Origin: Alphaproteobacteria bacterium
GTDB taxonomy: Bacteria > Pseudomonadota > Alphaproteobacteria > RF32 > CAG-239
Direction of reading: 5' to 3'
DNA: 64,000 nt
NCBI GenBank assembly: GCA_045578445.1
Contig: JAZNKG010000040.1
Coordinates: forward strand, 3,922 to 67,921
Positions 50,290-60,012 of this stretch are shown here, piece after piece. The position numbers and the translations under genes are program-made. The notes beneath the pieces were generated by a model that saw only the letters and a list, made by a program, of their open reading frames with translations, was not told where the DNA came from and searched no databases. The number at the start of each line of letters is the position of its first letter. The stretch's first letter is position 1.

Positions 50290-50687
50290 AGCACAGTCAA
50301 ATTGCTGAATGGAAGCCCCTCGTCGTCGCGTCATGTACCTTTATGTACACTTGTGCTCCTAGGGGGACATTCAGCAATAGCACTGCACTTTATCGCACAA
50401 CTTCAAGCATAACTAGAGTTATTGTTTTGTAAATTTTGCTTTAAGGCAGGACATCTGAGGCTATAAACATAAAATTTTTCCTATTTAGAGTGTGGTGAGA
50501 GTGAAGTAATTAGCGTATGGAAGTCTGTTCTTTGGGGCTTTGTCTAGCAGGCATCATGATTGTGGTTTTAAAGTCTCATGTACGCTTTTTATGTACACAT
50601 CAACTTTAAAACCACTTCCAGCATACCTACTATCCAAAGCCTTTGCTTGTTTATTTATATGGGGCGTTTGTCTACCGGCATCATGAT
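50266..50687. repeat. Cluster A of GTAC-loop-GTAC palindromic elements
   Basis: Hairpins at 50266-50413 and 50536-50641; 50438-50477 matches 61745-61784 at 38 of 40 nt; partial arm duplicate at 50661-50687. Confidence 0.8.
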
Positions 50688-50819
50688 GATTTATTTATAT
50701 AGGATTGTTTCACAAAATTTACCGCGTGTTTTGATAAAAAAACTTATTTGGGGGAGGGATTCTGCTTTAAATTTAAAATTTTTATGCTATAAACGTGCCA
50801 TATTTAAGGAGTTTATAAT

Positions 50820-51851
50820 ATGTTTGTTGCGGTACATAATGTTTGGCATGATGTTTTGTCACTTAATGGATCTATCGATATGTTTGCTAATAAAAATGAG
50901 CTTAACAATTGGAGATGTATGCAAATTTTAAAAGAGACAAATCATTACACTCATATGAAAAAAATGTTCAAAGAGATTAAAAAAAATTGCTCTGATAAAA
51001 ACGGGACTTTAATTCCTGAGAAAATTCTTTCTTATAAAGAGTTTATTTTATCTTGTGTAGACGAGCGAGAGCAAACTGATGAGGCTATGGCGTATTTGCG
51101 TGAGTTTGCAAAGATTGGCGGTATTGAAAATGAGTTTGAAGAAATAAATAAAAAGCCTAAATTTTATAGTCACTTAGATTGTGTTGGGTGTTACCATATA
51201 GTGAGCAATAGTGTATCTGAGAAAATTAAAAAAGAAGCTTCTAAATTATATTATGATGTAGATGATGTTGATTTGAGTGATTTTGATATGAAGAATTTTG
51301 ACAATGTCAAGATTAGAGAAACCGCTCATACCATCAGATTCCAGCGTGCATATAATTTTCCGGAAGTTTTAGATCTTTCTAGATTTGGGTATGTTTCTAT
51401 GCACGATAGTTATTTAGGTAATATTAAAGAGCTTAAGTTTAGAGATGGTGCTCAGGTTGGTTTTCAAGCCTTTAATACGTATAGAATGAAAAACGTAACG
51501 TCAACGTTACCAAAAAAATTAGATGTTTCTATGTGTAGTTTTGTAAATTTACAATATTGTGATTTGGCTAATGTTGAAGAATTAAAACTCGGAGGTACAG
51601 TGCTCTTAAATCGTGCAACTAATTTACCTGAGGTTTTAGATTTTTCTTGTTCAAAAAGAAAATATGATGAAGTAAGAGGTATTTCTTATTCTTTTGATGT
51701 TATGAAAATTAAACTAAGGAATAAACAGCATCGAGAGAATTTTGATGAAGGTGGATTTGAAAACGATTTTATTTATGAAGAAAATTCTGAACCTGCAAAA
51801 AATCGTAAAATCGCGAATATGTTTAGAAAATTTTTTGATAAAACAATGTAA
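50820..51851 (+). CDS. Orphan protein with degenerate LRR-like solenoid repeats
   Basis: Repeats NFPEVLDLS, TLPKKLDVS, NLPEVLDFS and L.N..ELK; AAGGAG RBS. Confidence 0.65.
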   Translation: MFVAVHNVWHDVLSLNGSIDMFANKNELNNWRCMQILKETNHYTHMKKMFKEIKKNCSDKNGTLIPEKILSYKEFILSCVDEREQTDEAMAYLREFAKIGGIENEFEEINKKPKFYSHLDCVGCYHIVSNSVSEKIKKEASKLYYDVDDVDLSDFDMKNFDNVKIRETAHTIRFQRAYNFPEVLDLSRFGYVSMHDSYLGNIKELKFRDGAQVGFQAFNTYRMKNVTSTLPKKLDVSMCSFVNLQYCDLANVEELKLGGTVLLNRATNLPEVLDFSCSKRKYDEVRGISYSFDVMKIKLRNKQHRENFDEGGFENDFIYEENSEPAKNRKIANMFRKFFDKTM

Positions 51852-51862
51852 ATTTTAGTTGT

Positions 51863-51891
51863 AAAAAGCTCTGAGATGTCAGGGCTTTTTT
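51863..51891 (+). terminator. Intrinsic terminator
   Basis: AAAAGCTCTGA-GATG-TCAGGGCTTTT. Confidence 0.8.
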
Positions 51892-52011
51892 GTTATATCT
51901 GATAAATTTGCTAAATATTTTAATTTAAATATTTTTTTTAAGTATTTTTAAACGTAGATTTTATAAAAATAAAGTTTGAAATTTAAGTTTTAATGAGCTA
52001 ACTTTAGGTTT

Positions 52012-53133
52012 ATGAAAAAATTAGATGTATATATAGCCAAACAGATTATAACTGGTTTTCTTTTGGTTGCTTTGTCGCTGATGTCAATGTTGTGGTTGAC
52101 ACAGTCGCTTCGTTTTGTAGAAATGGTAACGGATAAAGGGTTACCAGTTTATATGTTTGTAGAGATGACTTCTTTGTTGATGCCAAGAATATTTTCTATT
52201 CTTTCTCCTATTGCATTGTTTGTAGCGGTTATGTTTGTTTATAATCGTTTGATTGCAGATAGCGAACTTATTGTTATGAAGTCAGTTGGTATTAGTTCTA
52301 TGTTGATAGCAAGAGCAGCTGTTGTGGTTGGAATTATATTGGCGATATTTAATGTTTTTGTATTAAATGTTGGTATTCCAATGGCAGAAAATAAATTTAG
52401 AGATATAGAGTTTGAAGTTAAAAATAGTTTCTCTAAGGTTATGCTTAAAGAAGGTAGCTTTAATTCTTTTAAAAATAATATGACGGTGTTTATTGATAAG
52501 TTTGTTGATGATAATACTATTCAAGGAATTCTTGTTAGTGATGCGAAAAAGCCTGGAGAAAAAGTGGTTACAGTGGCTGAAAGTGGTAGAATTGAATATA
52601 CAGATGCTGGGCCAAAAATCTTGTTAAAAAATGGAACAAGACAGGTTAAAAATAAAAAAACTGGGCAATTTACTTCGATGACATTTGATGATTATTTGGT
52701 GGACTTTGGTGATTTGTCTGTAGCGAAGAAAAAAGATAAGAGTGTTAGAGAAAGAAGTATTAAAGAGCTATTTAGTGAAGCAAAAAATCCTAAGCTATCT
52801 CCTAAACAAGCAAACTCTTATATTGCTGAAGCGCATAGAAGAATTTTAGCTCCATTTTTTAATTTAGTATTTGCTTTGATTGCATGTACAGGTTTGTTGA
52901 TTGCAAACTTTAATAGAAGAGGGCAAGGTAAAGTTATTACTATTTCTATTTTAGCTATGATTTTTGTTCAGGCTATGGATATGAGTTTTGCTAATATGGC
53001 GCGCAAACATCAATGGATTGTTTTTTTAATGTATTTAAATTGTTTTCTACCTTTGGGAATAACTGGCTGGTTATTGTATAAAACTCCTGTTTTTGGTAAA
53101 AAACGAAATAAGGAGATTAAAAATGAAGCATAA
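52012..53133 (+). CDS. lptF: LPS export ABC permease LptF
   Basis: LD.YI, WLTQSLRF, DSELIVM...G.S, EG.FN, AE.H.R...P; upstream of lptD. Confidence 0.85.
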   Translation: MKKLDVYIAKQIITGFLLVALSLMSMLWLTQSLRFVEMVTDKGLPVYMFVEMTSLLMPRIFSILSPIALFVAVMFVYNRLIADSELIVMKSVGISSMLIARAAVVVGIILAIFNVFVLNVGIPMAENKFRDIEFEVKNSFSKVMLKEGSFNSFKNNMTVFIDKFVDDNTIQGILVSDAKKPGEKVVTVAESGRIEYTDAGPKILLKNGTRQVKNKKTGQFTSMTFDDYLVDFGDLSVAKKKDKSVRERSIKELFSEAKNPKLSPKQANSYIAEAHRRILAPFFNLVFALIACTGLLIANFNRRGQGKVITISILAMIFVQAMDMSFANMARKHQWIVFLMYLNCFLPLGITGWLLYKTPVFGKKRNKEIKNEA

Positions 53134-55423
53134 TTTATTTGCTTTGAGTGTGTTTTTTATATGTGTTTGTCTTGGTGCTAATGCGGCTAATGAGCCAGTT
53201 GCTGGTGCGATGTTGAAGAGTGATACAACCGTTACTCCTAAAGCAGATTTTAATCCGAGTAATTTAACTGATATTGCGCCAACGTTAAGCGGTAAAAGCA
53301 AAGAGGAAAATCCTGAAATATATTTTTCTGCAGATGAACTTGAAACAGATGAAAATGAGAGCTTGATTATAGCTAGTGGTAATGTTGTTGTTACAAGAGG
53401 ACAATTAGAATTAACTAGTGATAAATTATGGTATAACCAAAAGAAAGATATTATTGTTGCTGAAGGTAATGTTGTTTTAGTTGAAGCAGATGGTAGTGTT
53501 TTATATACAGATAAGATTACATTGTCTGAAAAAATGACCAGAGCTGAAGTTAATAAAGTAAAAGTTTTGTTGCGTGACGAATCGCATATTTGGGCAGAAA
53601 AATTTGTTAAAAAGCCAAATGATAATAAACAACTTAAAAAAGCATCTTATACTGCTTGTAATATGTGTCAGGGAAAATCTCCATTGTGGAGAATTGATGC
53701 TAGAAAGGTTAATTATGATGCTAAAGGGCAAAATATAAATTATAACGATGCAGTATTAAGAGTTAAAAATATTCCAGTGTTTTATATGCCATTTTTGAGT
53801 CATCCATCTCCAGAAGTTAAGCGTCGTTCTGGTATTTTAATGACTTCTATGGGTAGCTCTACATATTTAGGTAAATATATTCAGCCAACATATTTTATTG
53901 ATGTATCAGACAATACAGATATTTTGCTTTCTCCTTATTTTACAACAGATGGCGATGTAGTTTTTGGTGGGCAATATAGACAATATTTTTATAATGGTCA
54001 CATCAATGCCCAAGGAACATATCTAAAAGATTCTGGTAATTCAAAAGATGATTCTTATTATAGCAAATTTAAAAGACCAGATAATAGAGGAAATTTATTC
54101 TTAGATGCAAGGTATGAAATAAATGATTATTGGGTATCTAATTTAGATTTTAATTATGTATCTGATGTGTTTTATTTGCGTGATTTAAATTTAGCAGGAG
54201 ATGATGATGCGTGGTTAACTTCAAAGCTTGCTTTTGAGCGTTTTGAAGGACGTAATTATGCAACCATTGAAGGATATTACTATAAGCTTACAAGTTATTA
54301 CTTGAAAGCGCATAATGATAGTGAGTTTAAAAATCGTGCTAATAGTATGCCTACAGTTGCGCCATATATGGAATATGAGCATATTTCTGATTCTAATAAA
54401 TATGGAGCATATTGGAAAACAAATATTAGCTCAGCTTCGGTTTATCATGATAGTGAAGAAGAATCTCAGCGTTTGTCTATGATTAATTCTTGGGAATTGC
54501 CTTATACAAGTGATTATGGTGAGCAGTACAAGTTTGTAGCATCGTTGAAGTCTGATTTATATTATGTAAAAGATTATTTTTATAATTCAGATGATAAATA
54601 TGATGGGACAGTTGGTAGAGTATTTCCGCAATTAGGCATGGAGTGGAGGTTGCCTTTGGTTAAAGCAACAGATACATCTCGTCATATATTGGAGCCAGTA
54701 GTTGTTGCTGTTGTTTCTCCTGAAAATGATAATGATATCGAAAAAATACCAAATGCTGATAGTGCTGATGCAGAATTTGATGATGCAAATATTTTGAGTT
54801 TAGATAGATATGCTGGTTATGATAGAAATGATGATGGTAGTCGTATTAGTTATGGTTTGAATTGGAGCTCATATAATGACTATACTGGTAGAACATCTGC
54901 ATTTATTGCTCAGACATATCAATTAAGCGATAGTTCTTTTATGGATGTTATTAATGATGATGAAAAATTATCAGATTATGTTGGTAGAATATATGCTTCT
55001 CCAAATAAGTATCTTGATTTGAATTATCGTTTTAGACTTGATAAAGATAGCTGGGAATTAAATTATAGTGAATTAGGTGCAAGAATTGGTGCACCAATAT
55101 TTAGTGTTTATACATCATATATTTATTTACAGCCAAATCATAATTCTTACTATACTACAAAAGAACGTAAAGAATTATATTTAACGGTTAAATCTCAGTT
55201 GACAAGAGATTGGTCTGTTGGATTGTATAATCGTATAGATTTGACCGATGACGGTGGTTCTTTGGAACATGGTGGATATTTGACATATGAAGATGAGTGT
55301 TTGAAACTTTCATTTACAGCAGAAAAAGAAAACTATCAATATAATGATCCAAATGTTGATGATGGTTATGAGTTTGGACTTACATTTTATTTCAAAACGC
55401 TTGGCGGTTTTGGTTCAAAGTAG
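53123..55423 (+). CDS. lptD: LPS assembly protein LptD
   Basis: Signal peptide, beta-jellyroll (ADEL..A.GNV), YTAC..C, PVFY.P, RRSG.L, C-terminal barrel with DEC; AAGGAG RBS before 53123. Confidence 0.92.
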   Translation: MKHNLFALSVFFICVCLGANAANEPVAGAMLKSDTTVTPKADFNPSNLTDIAPTLSGKSKEENPEIYFSADELETDENESLIIASGNVVVTRGQLELTSDKLWYNQKKDIIVAEGNVVLVEADGSVLYTDKITLSEKMTRAEVNKVKVLLRDESHIWAEKFVKKPNDNKQLKKASYTACNMCQGKSPLWRIDARKVNYDAKGQNINYNDAVLRVKNIPVFYMPFLSHPSPEVKRRSGILMTSMGSSTYLGKYIQPTYFIDVSDNTDILLSPYFTTDGDVVFGGQYRQYFYNGHINAQGTYLKDSGNSKDDSYYSKFKRPDNRGNLFLDARYEINDYWVSNLDFNYVSDVFYLRDLNLAGDDDAWLTSKLAFERFEGRNYATIEGYYYKLTSYYLKAHNDSEFKNRANSMPTVAPYMEYEHISDSNKYGAYWKTNISSASVYHDSEEESQRLSMINSWELPYTSDYGEQYKFVASLKSDLYYVKDYFYNSDDKYDGTVGRVFPQLGMEWRLPLVKATDTSRHILEPVVVAVVSPENDNDIEKIPNADSADAEFDDANILSLDRYAGYDRNDDGSRISYGLNWSSYNDYTGRTSAFIAQTYQLSDSSFMDVINDDEKLSDYVGRIYASPNKYLDLNYRFRLDKDSWELNYSELGARIGAPIFSVYTSYIYLQPNHNSYYTTKERKELYLTVKSQLTRDWSVGLYNRIDLTDDGGSLEHGGYLTYEDECLKLSFTAEKENYQYNDPNVDDGYEFGLTFYFKTLGGFGSK

Positions 55424-55438
55424 TAAAGGAGACAGTAT

Positions 55439-56548
55439 ATGTTTAAGTTGGGACTTTGTTTGATTTTGAGTCTTGTTGCTTTTGATGTGAGAGCGCAAGA
55501 AATGGATATTTCTGATATTGACAGAGCAGTTAGAAGTTCTGGTTCTAGGTCTATTATGTTTAAGCAAAATGCAGAATTAGCAAAAGAAGAAATGGCAAGA
55601 AGAAGAGCTGCAGAAGAAGAGGCTTTGAGAGCAAAAAAAGAACAAGAAATGAGACAAGCTCAATCTGTTTTTAGAGAGTATAATCTTTTTGGTAAAGGAT
55701 TAAAGATTGTGGCAACCATTAATGGTGAAATGATTTCTAATAAAGATTTGCAAGAAAGAGCAAATTTATTTGCACTAACATCTGGTCTTAATATCAATGA
55801 TAAAAATGCAAATATGATTAAAGAAAAAGTTATGCAGGGTACGATTGATGAAAAAATAAAATTACAAGAAGCAGAAAAAGAAGGTGTTAAAATTAGTGAT
55901 AAAGAAATAAATGAAGCTTATCGTAATTTTGAAAAATCTAATGGTGTACCTAAGGGTAAATTTGATAAAATATTAGAAGAATATAAAGTTAGTAAACCTG
56001 TGTTTTTGAATCAAATTAAAGCCAATCTTTTATGGAATAAAATGGTGGCAAGAAAATATGGGCAAAATATTGGTGTATCAGAAAAAGAAGTAAAAGATGA
56101 GTTTGAACGTATTAAAAAAGATATGGATACGCCAAAGTATATGGTGTCTGAAATTGTTATTAAAAAGAAAGATGGCGAGCATATAAATGAGTTGGTTGAG
56201 ATTTTACAAGAAGACCCACGTTTTGAATTATATGCAGTACAATTTTCTCAAAGTGCTAGTGCTCCTTCTGGTGGTAAATTAGGCTGGGTTTCTCCTGGTC
56301 AATTAGCACAGCCTTTAGATTCGGCTATTAGAAAATTAAAAGAAGGTCAAGTATCTAAAGCTATACCTTATCGTGCAGATTATTATATTTTTAGAATGGA
56401 TAAAATTTATAACCCAAAACAAAATAAGCAAGAACTTCCTAGTGAAGATGAAGTTAGAAAGTTTATTCAAAATAGAAAAACAGATGCTCAAGCTAATAAA
56501 TATATAAGAGATTTGCGTAATCGTGCGGTGGTCGAAAAGAGGTTTTAA
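55439..56548 (+). CDS. surA: SurA-like periplasmic chaperone/PPIase
   Basis: IVA.INGE.IS..DL..R, IDE.IK.QEA, FSQS.SA..GG.LGWV, Y.RDLR.RA. Confidence 0.88.
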   Translation: MFKLGLCLILSLVAFDVRAQEMDISDIDRAVRSSGSRSIMFKQNAELAKEEMARRRAAEEEALRAKKEQEMRQAQSVFREYNLFGKGLKIVATINGEMISNKDLQERANLFALTSGLNINDKNANMIKEKVMQGTIDEKIKLQEAEKEGVKISDKEINEAYRNFEKSNGVPKGKFDKILEEYKVSKPVFLNQIKANLLWNKMVARKYGQNIGVSEKEVKDEFERIKKDMDTPKYMVSEIVIKKKDGEHINELVEILQEDPRFELYAVQFSQSASAPSGGKLGWVSPGQLAQPLDSAIRKLKEGQVSKAIPYRADYYIFRMDKIYNPKQNKQELPSEDEVRKFIQNRKTDAQANKYIRDLRNRAVVEKRF

Positions 56549-56560
56549 TAGAGGATAAAT

Positions 56561-57391
56561 ATGGTATTAAGCACTAAAGAGTTTGTTGAAAAATATGGAC
56601 TGATGGCAAAAAAGACATTAGGGCAAAACTTTTTGCTTGATGCTAATATTACCGATAAGATTATGCGTTTATCACTAAAAGAACAGAATATTGTTGATGC
56701 AAGTGGTGAAAAATATATTGAAATTGGACCTGGTCCTGGTGGTTTAACTCAAGCTGTTTTGAGGCAAAATCCTAGTAAACTTACAGTAATAGAAATGGAT
56801 GAAAGATGCTTGAATATTTTAGAAGAAATAAGAGCTTTTTATCCGCAACTTGATATTGTTAGTGGTGATGCCTTAAAATTTGATTGGGATAAGTATATTG
56901 AGAGTGAAGGAAAAAGCCATATTGTTAGCAATTTACCATATAATATTTCTGTGGTGTTATTAACAAATTGGTTGGTGCAAATTGATAAATTTAAAAGCTT
57001 GACTTTAATGTTTCAAAAAGAAGTTGGCGATAGAATTTTAGCTGTTCCTGGTACTAAAGATTATGGTAGAATTTCTGTTATTTCACAATTACAATGTGAG
57101 GTAATAAAATTGTTTGATTTACCGCCTACATGTTTTGTTCCTGCGCCAAAGATTTGGTCTTCTGTTTTATTGTTTAAGCCAAAAGCAGAAGCTTATAGCA
57201 AAGAGGTTTTAGATAAGGTTGAGATGTTGACAGGTTTAAGTTTTGGGCAACGTCGTAAAATGATAAGACAAAGCTTGAAGAGTGTTAAAGGTATATTTGA
57301 AATTTTTGAAGAACTAAACATTAATCCAGAACTTAGGGCTGAGAATCTGACACCAGAGCAATATTTGGATATAGCTAAAAGGTTAATTTAG
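56561..57391 (+). CDS. rsmA: 16S rRNA dimethyladenosine transferase
   Basis: K.LGQNFL, EIGPGPG.LT, NLPYNI, MFQKEV, QRRKM. Confidence 0.97.
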   Translation: MVLSTKEFVEKYGLMAKKTLGQNFLLDANITDKIMRLSLKEQNIVDASGEKYIEIGPGPGGLTQAVLRQNPSKLTVIEMDERCLNILEEIRAFYPQLDIVSGDALKFDWDKYIESEGKSHIVSNLPYNISVVLLTNWLVQIDKFKSLTLMFQKEVGDRILAVPGTKDYGRISVISQLQCEVIKLFDLPPTCFVPAPKIWSSVLLFKPKAEAYSKEVLDKVEMLTGLSFGQRRKMIRQSLKSVKGIFEIFEELNINPELRAENLTPEQYLDIAKRLI

Positions 57392-57467
57392 TTTTAGTTG
57401 AGTTTAAAAAGTAAAATTAAAACATATCTTGTCTTCTGTTTAATAATAAATTTTATAGGAGATAGAT

Positions 57468-58049
57468 ATGACAGAAGGTGTAAGATTTCCAACATTAGCA
57501 TTTATAACAGGTGGTACAGGACAAGCAAAAGATGGTATTCCACCACAACCATTTGAAACTTTTTGCTATGATTCAGCTTTGCTTGAAGCAAAAATTGAAA
57601 ACTTTAATATTGTTCCATATACATCGGTTTTACCAAAAGAGCTATTGGGTAATATTGTGCCAGTAGATAAGGTGGTTAATCAGTTTAAACATGGTGCTGT
57701 TTTAGAAGTTATTATGGCGGCAAATGGTGCAAGTCGTGATGAACACAAAGCTATTGCAACAGGTCTTGGAATTTGTTGGGGTAAAGATAAAAATGGTGAG
57801 CTAATTGGTGGCTGGGCGGCTGAATATGTTGAATATTTCGATACTCAGATTGATGATGAAATTGCAAAAGGTCATGCAGAGATGTGGCTTAATAAATCTC
57901 TAAATCATGAATTAGAAATCAGAGGTGTTGAAAAGCATAGTGATTTTCAGATGTTTCATAATTATTTGAATATTGAAGAACAATTTGGATATTGTTTGAC
58001 TTGCTTAGGTTTTTTGAATTTTGACCATGCTCCAGTTGTTAAATTATAA
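57468..58049 (+). CDS. aaxB: Pyruvoyl-dependent arginine decarboxylase, Chlamydia AaxB type
   Basis: [36 protein letters not shown] with Thr52-Ser53 autocleavage site; [19 protein letters not shown]. Confidence 0.92.
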   Translation: MTEGVRFPTLAFITGGTGQAKDGIPPQPFETFCYDSALLEAKIENFNIVPYTSVLPKELLGNIVPVDKVVNQFKHGAVLEVIMAANGASRDEHKAIATGLGICWGKDKNGELIGGWAAEYVEYFDTQIDDEIAKGHAEMWLNKSLNHELEIRGVEKHSDFQMFHNYLNIEEQFGYCLTCLGFLNFDHAPVVKL

Positions 58050-58069
58050 TTATTCATAGAGGAAACGAT

Positions 58070-59548
58070 ATGGTAAAAGATGTTATTAAAAACAATCAAA
58101 AGGAACAAAGTTCTGCGCAAAATGAAGGTAATTTAGGAGTATTAGCTCTAGCAGGTGTTGTTATAAGTTCTATGATTGGTGGAGGTATATATAGCCTTCC
58201 TCAGAATATGGCGGCAGGAGCATCTGTTGGCGCGGTTATTCTAGCTTGGATAATTACTGGAATTGGAGTTTATTTTATTGCTAATACCTTTCGTATTTTG
58301 TCTGTTGTTAAACCAGACTTAACGGCTGGTATTTATATGTATAGTCGTGAGGGTTTCGGTCCGTATGTCGGGTTTACAATCGGATGGTCGTATTGGCTCT
58401 GTCAGATATGCGGAAATGTTGGTTATGCTGTAATTACAATGGATGCATTAAATTACTTTTTTCCGCCATATTTTGTGGGAGGAAATAATCTTTATTCTAT
58501 AATTGGTGGTTCAATTTTAATCTGGTTTTTTAATGCATTGGTTTTAAGAGGCATAAGGCAGGCAACGATTATAAACTTAATCGGTACAGTAGCTAAAATT
58601 GCTCCTTTGTTGTTCTTTATTGTAATCACAATGATATTCTTTAATGCTGATAAATTCTCTTTTGATTTTTGGGGAGAAAATGAACCAAAACTAGGTGGTT
58701 TAACAAAGCAAATAGAGGGTACAATGTTAGTTACATTGTGGGCTTTTATTGGTATTGAAGGTGCGGTTGTTATGTCAAAGCATGCAAAAAATCCAAAAGC
58801 TGTAGGTAAAGCAACATTAATAGGTTTTGCAGGTTGTCTTTTGATTTATGTTTTATTGTCTGTTTTGCCATATGGTTTGATGAATCAAGAACAATTATCT
58901 AAATTACCTAATCCATCTACGGCAGCAGTATTAGAAGCAGTTATTGGTAAATGGGGGGCTTATATTATGAATATAGGTTTGCTTATTTCGGTTTTAACTA
59001 GTTGGCTTGCTTGGACAATGGTTACTGCGCAAATTCCACAAGCGGCGGCATCTAATGGAACTTTTCCTAAGGAGTTCAGCAAAGAAAATGCAAAATCAGC
59101 ACCGTCTGTTTCTCTTTATGTAACAAGTTCTTTGATGCAGTTGTTTATGTTGTTAGTATATTTTTCTAATAATGCGTGGAATACTATGCTTAGCATTACA
59201 AGTGTGATGGTGTTGCCGGCATATTTTGCAAGTGCAATGTATTTGTGGAAATTATGTGAAGACCACGAATATCCAACCAATTTTTATATTAGACGTTCGG
59301 TTGCTCTAATATCTTCGGTATTAGGTGCTATATATGCTTTATGGTTAATATATGCAGCAGGACTTAATTACCTTTTAATGGCTGTTATTTTTATGGCATT
59401 AGGAATTCCTGTGTTTGTATGGGCTAGAAAGCAAAATACTCCTAACGAATCGGTATTTACCACAGGAGAAAGATTTGGAGCGGGAATTCTTGTGGTTTGC
59501 GCACTATTTGCCTTGTATACAATGATATCAGGAGTGATTAGTGTATAA
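58070..59548 (+). CDS. aaxC: Arginine/agmatine antiporter (APC/ArcD family), Chlamydia AaxC type
   Basis: [39 protein letters not shown]; about 12 TM segments; follows aaxB. Confidence 0.88.
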   Translation: MVKDVIKNNQKEQSSAQNEGNLGVLALAGVVISSMIGGGIYSLPQNMAAGASVGAVILAWIITGIGVYFIANTFRILSVVKPDLTAGIYMYSREGFGPYVGFTIGWSYWLCQICGNVGYAVITMDALNYFFPPYFVGGNNLYSIIGGSILIWFFNALVLRGIRQATIINLIGTVAKIAPLLFFIVITMIFFNADKFSFDFWGENEPKLGGLTKQIEGTMLVTLWAFIGIEGAVVMSKHAKNPKAVGKATLIGFAGCLLIYVLLSVLPYGLMNQEQLSKLPNPSTAAVLEAVIGKWGAYIMNIGLLISVLTSWLAWTMVTAQIPQAAASNGTFPKEFSKENAKSAPSVSLYVTSSLMQLFMLLVYFSNNAWNTMLSITSVMVLPAYFASAMYLWKLCEDHEYPTNFYIRRSVALISSVLGAIYALWLIYAAGLNYLLMAVIFMALGIPVFVWARKQNTPNESVFTTGERFGAGILVVCALFALYTMISGVISV

Positions 59549-59557
59549 TTTTAGATA

Positions 59558-59589
59558 TAAAAAAAGCACCAGTTTTTCTGGTGCTTTTT
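59558..59589. terminator. Bidirectional terminator
   Basis: AAAAAGCACCAG-TTTTT-CTGGTGCTTTTT. Confidence 0.85.
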
Positions 59590-59593
59590 AATC

Positions 59594-59842
59594 TTATACG
59601 TTTAGAGCTTTACGATATGTTTCTAACAAAAATTCTTGCTCATCACGATCAGCTTGATTCATCTTTCTTAATTTGATGATTGTCTTCATAATTTTTACAT
59701 CAAATCCTACGCCTTTTGCTTCAGCATAAATATCTCTGATATCAGAAGAAATTCCTTTCTTTTCTTCTTCTAGGCGTTCAATACGTTCAATTAAAGAGTT
59801 TAATCTTGTACTATCAATTCCACCAACTTCATTTTCAGACAT
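59594..59842 (-). CDS. gapR: Nucleoid-associated protein GapR (DUF2312)
   Basis: L.S.IERIERLEEEK..I..DI...YAEAKG.GFDVK......LRK...DR.EQE..L..Y..AL. Confidence 0.92.
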   Translation of the reverse strand: MSENEVGGIDSTRLNSLIERIERLEEEKKGISSDIRDIYAEAKGVGFDVKIMKTIIKLRKMNQADRDEQEFLLETYRKALNV

Positions 59843-60012
59843 TTTATATCTCCCATATATTGTTTTTTAGAATCTACGGTTTGGTACTTTAACAAATATA
59901 ATTTTTTTTGACAAGAAATAAATGTGTGGGAAAAAAATAATAACTTATTAAGTATTTTTGTTGTACATGTTATATGAGAAAAAGTTTTTTTTAAATTTAT
60001 GGAGAAGTTAAT

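Noticed and set aside
50578-50931. 117-aa ORF (and similar 50092-50334 and 61584-61856)
   Set aside because: These run through palindromic repeats or overlap real genes, with no RBS or protein-like features.
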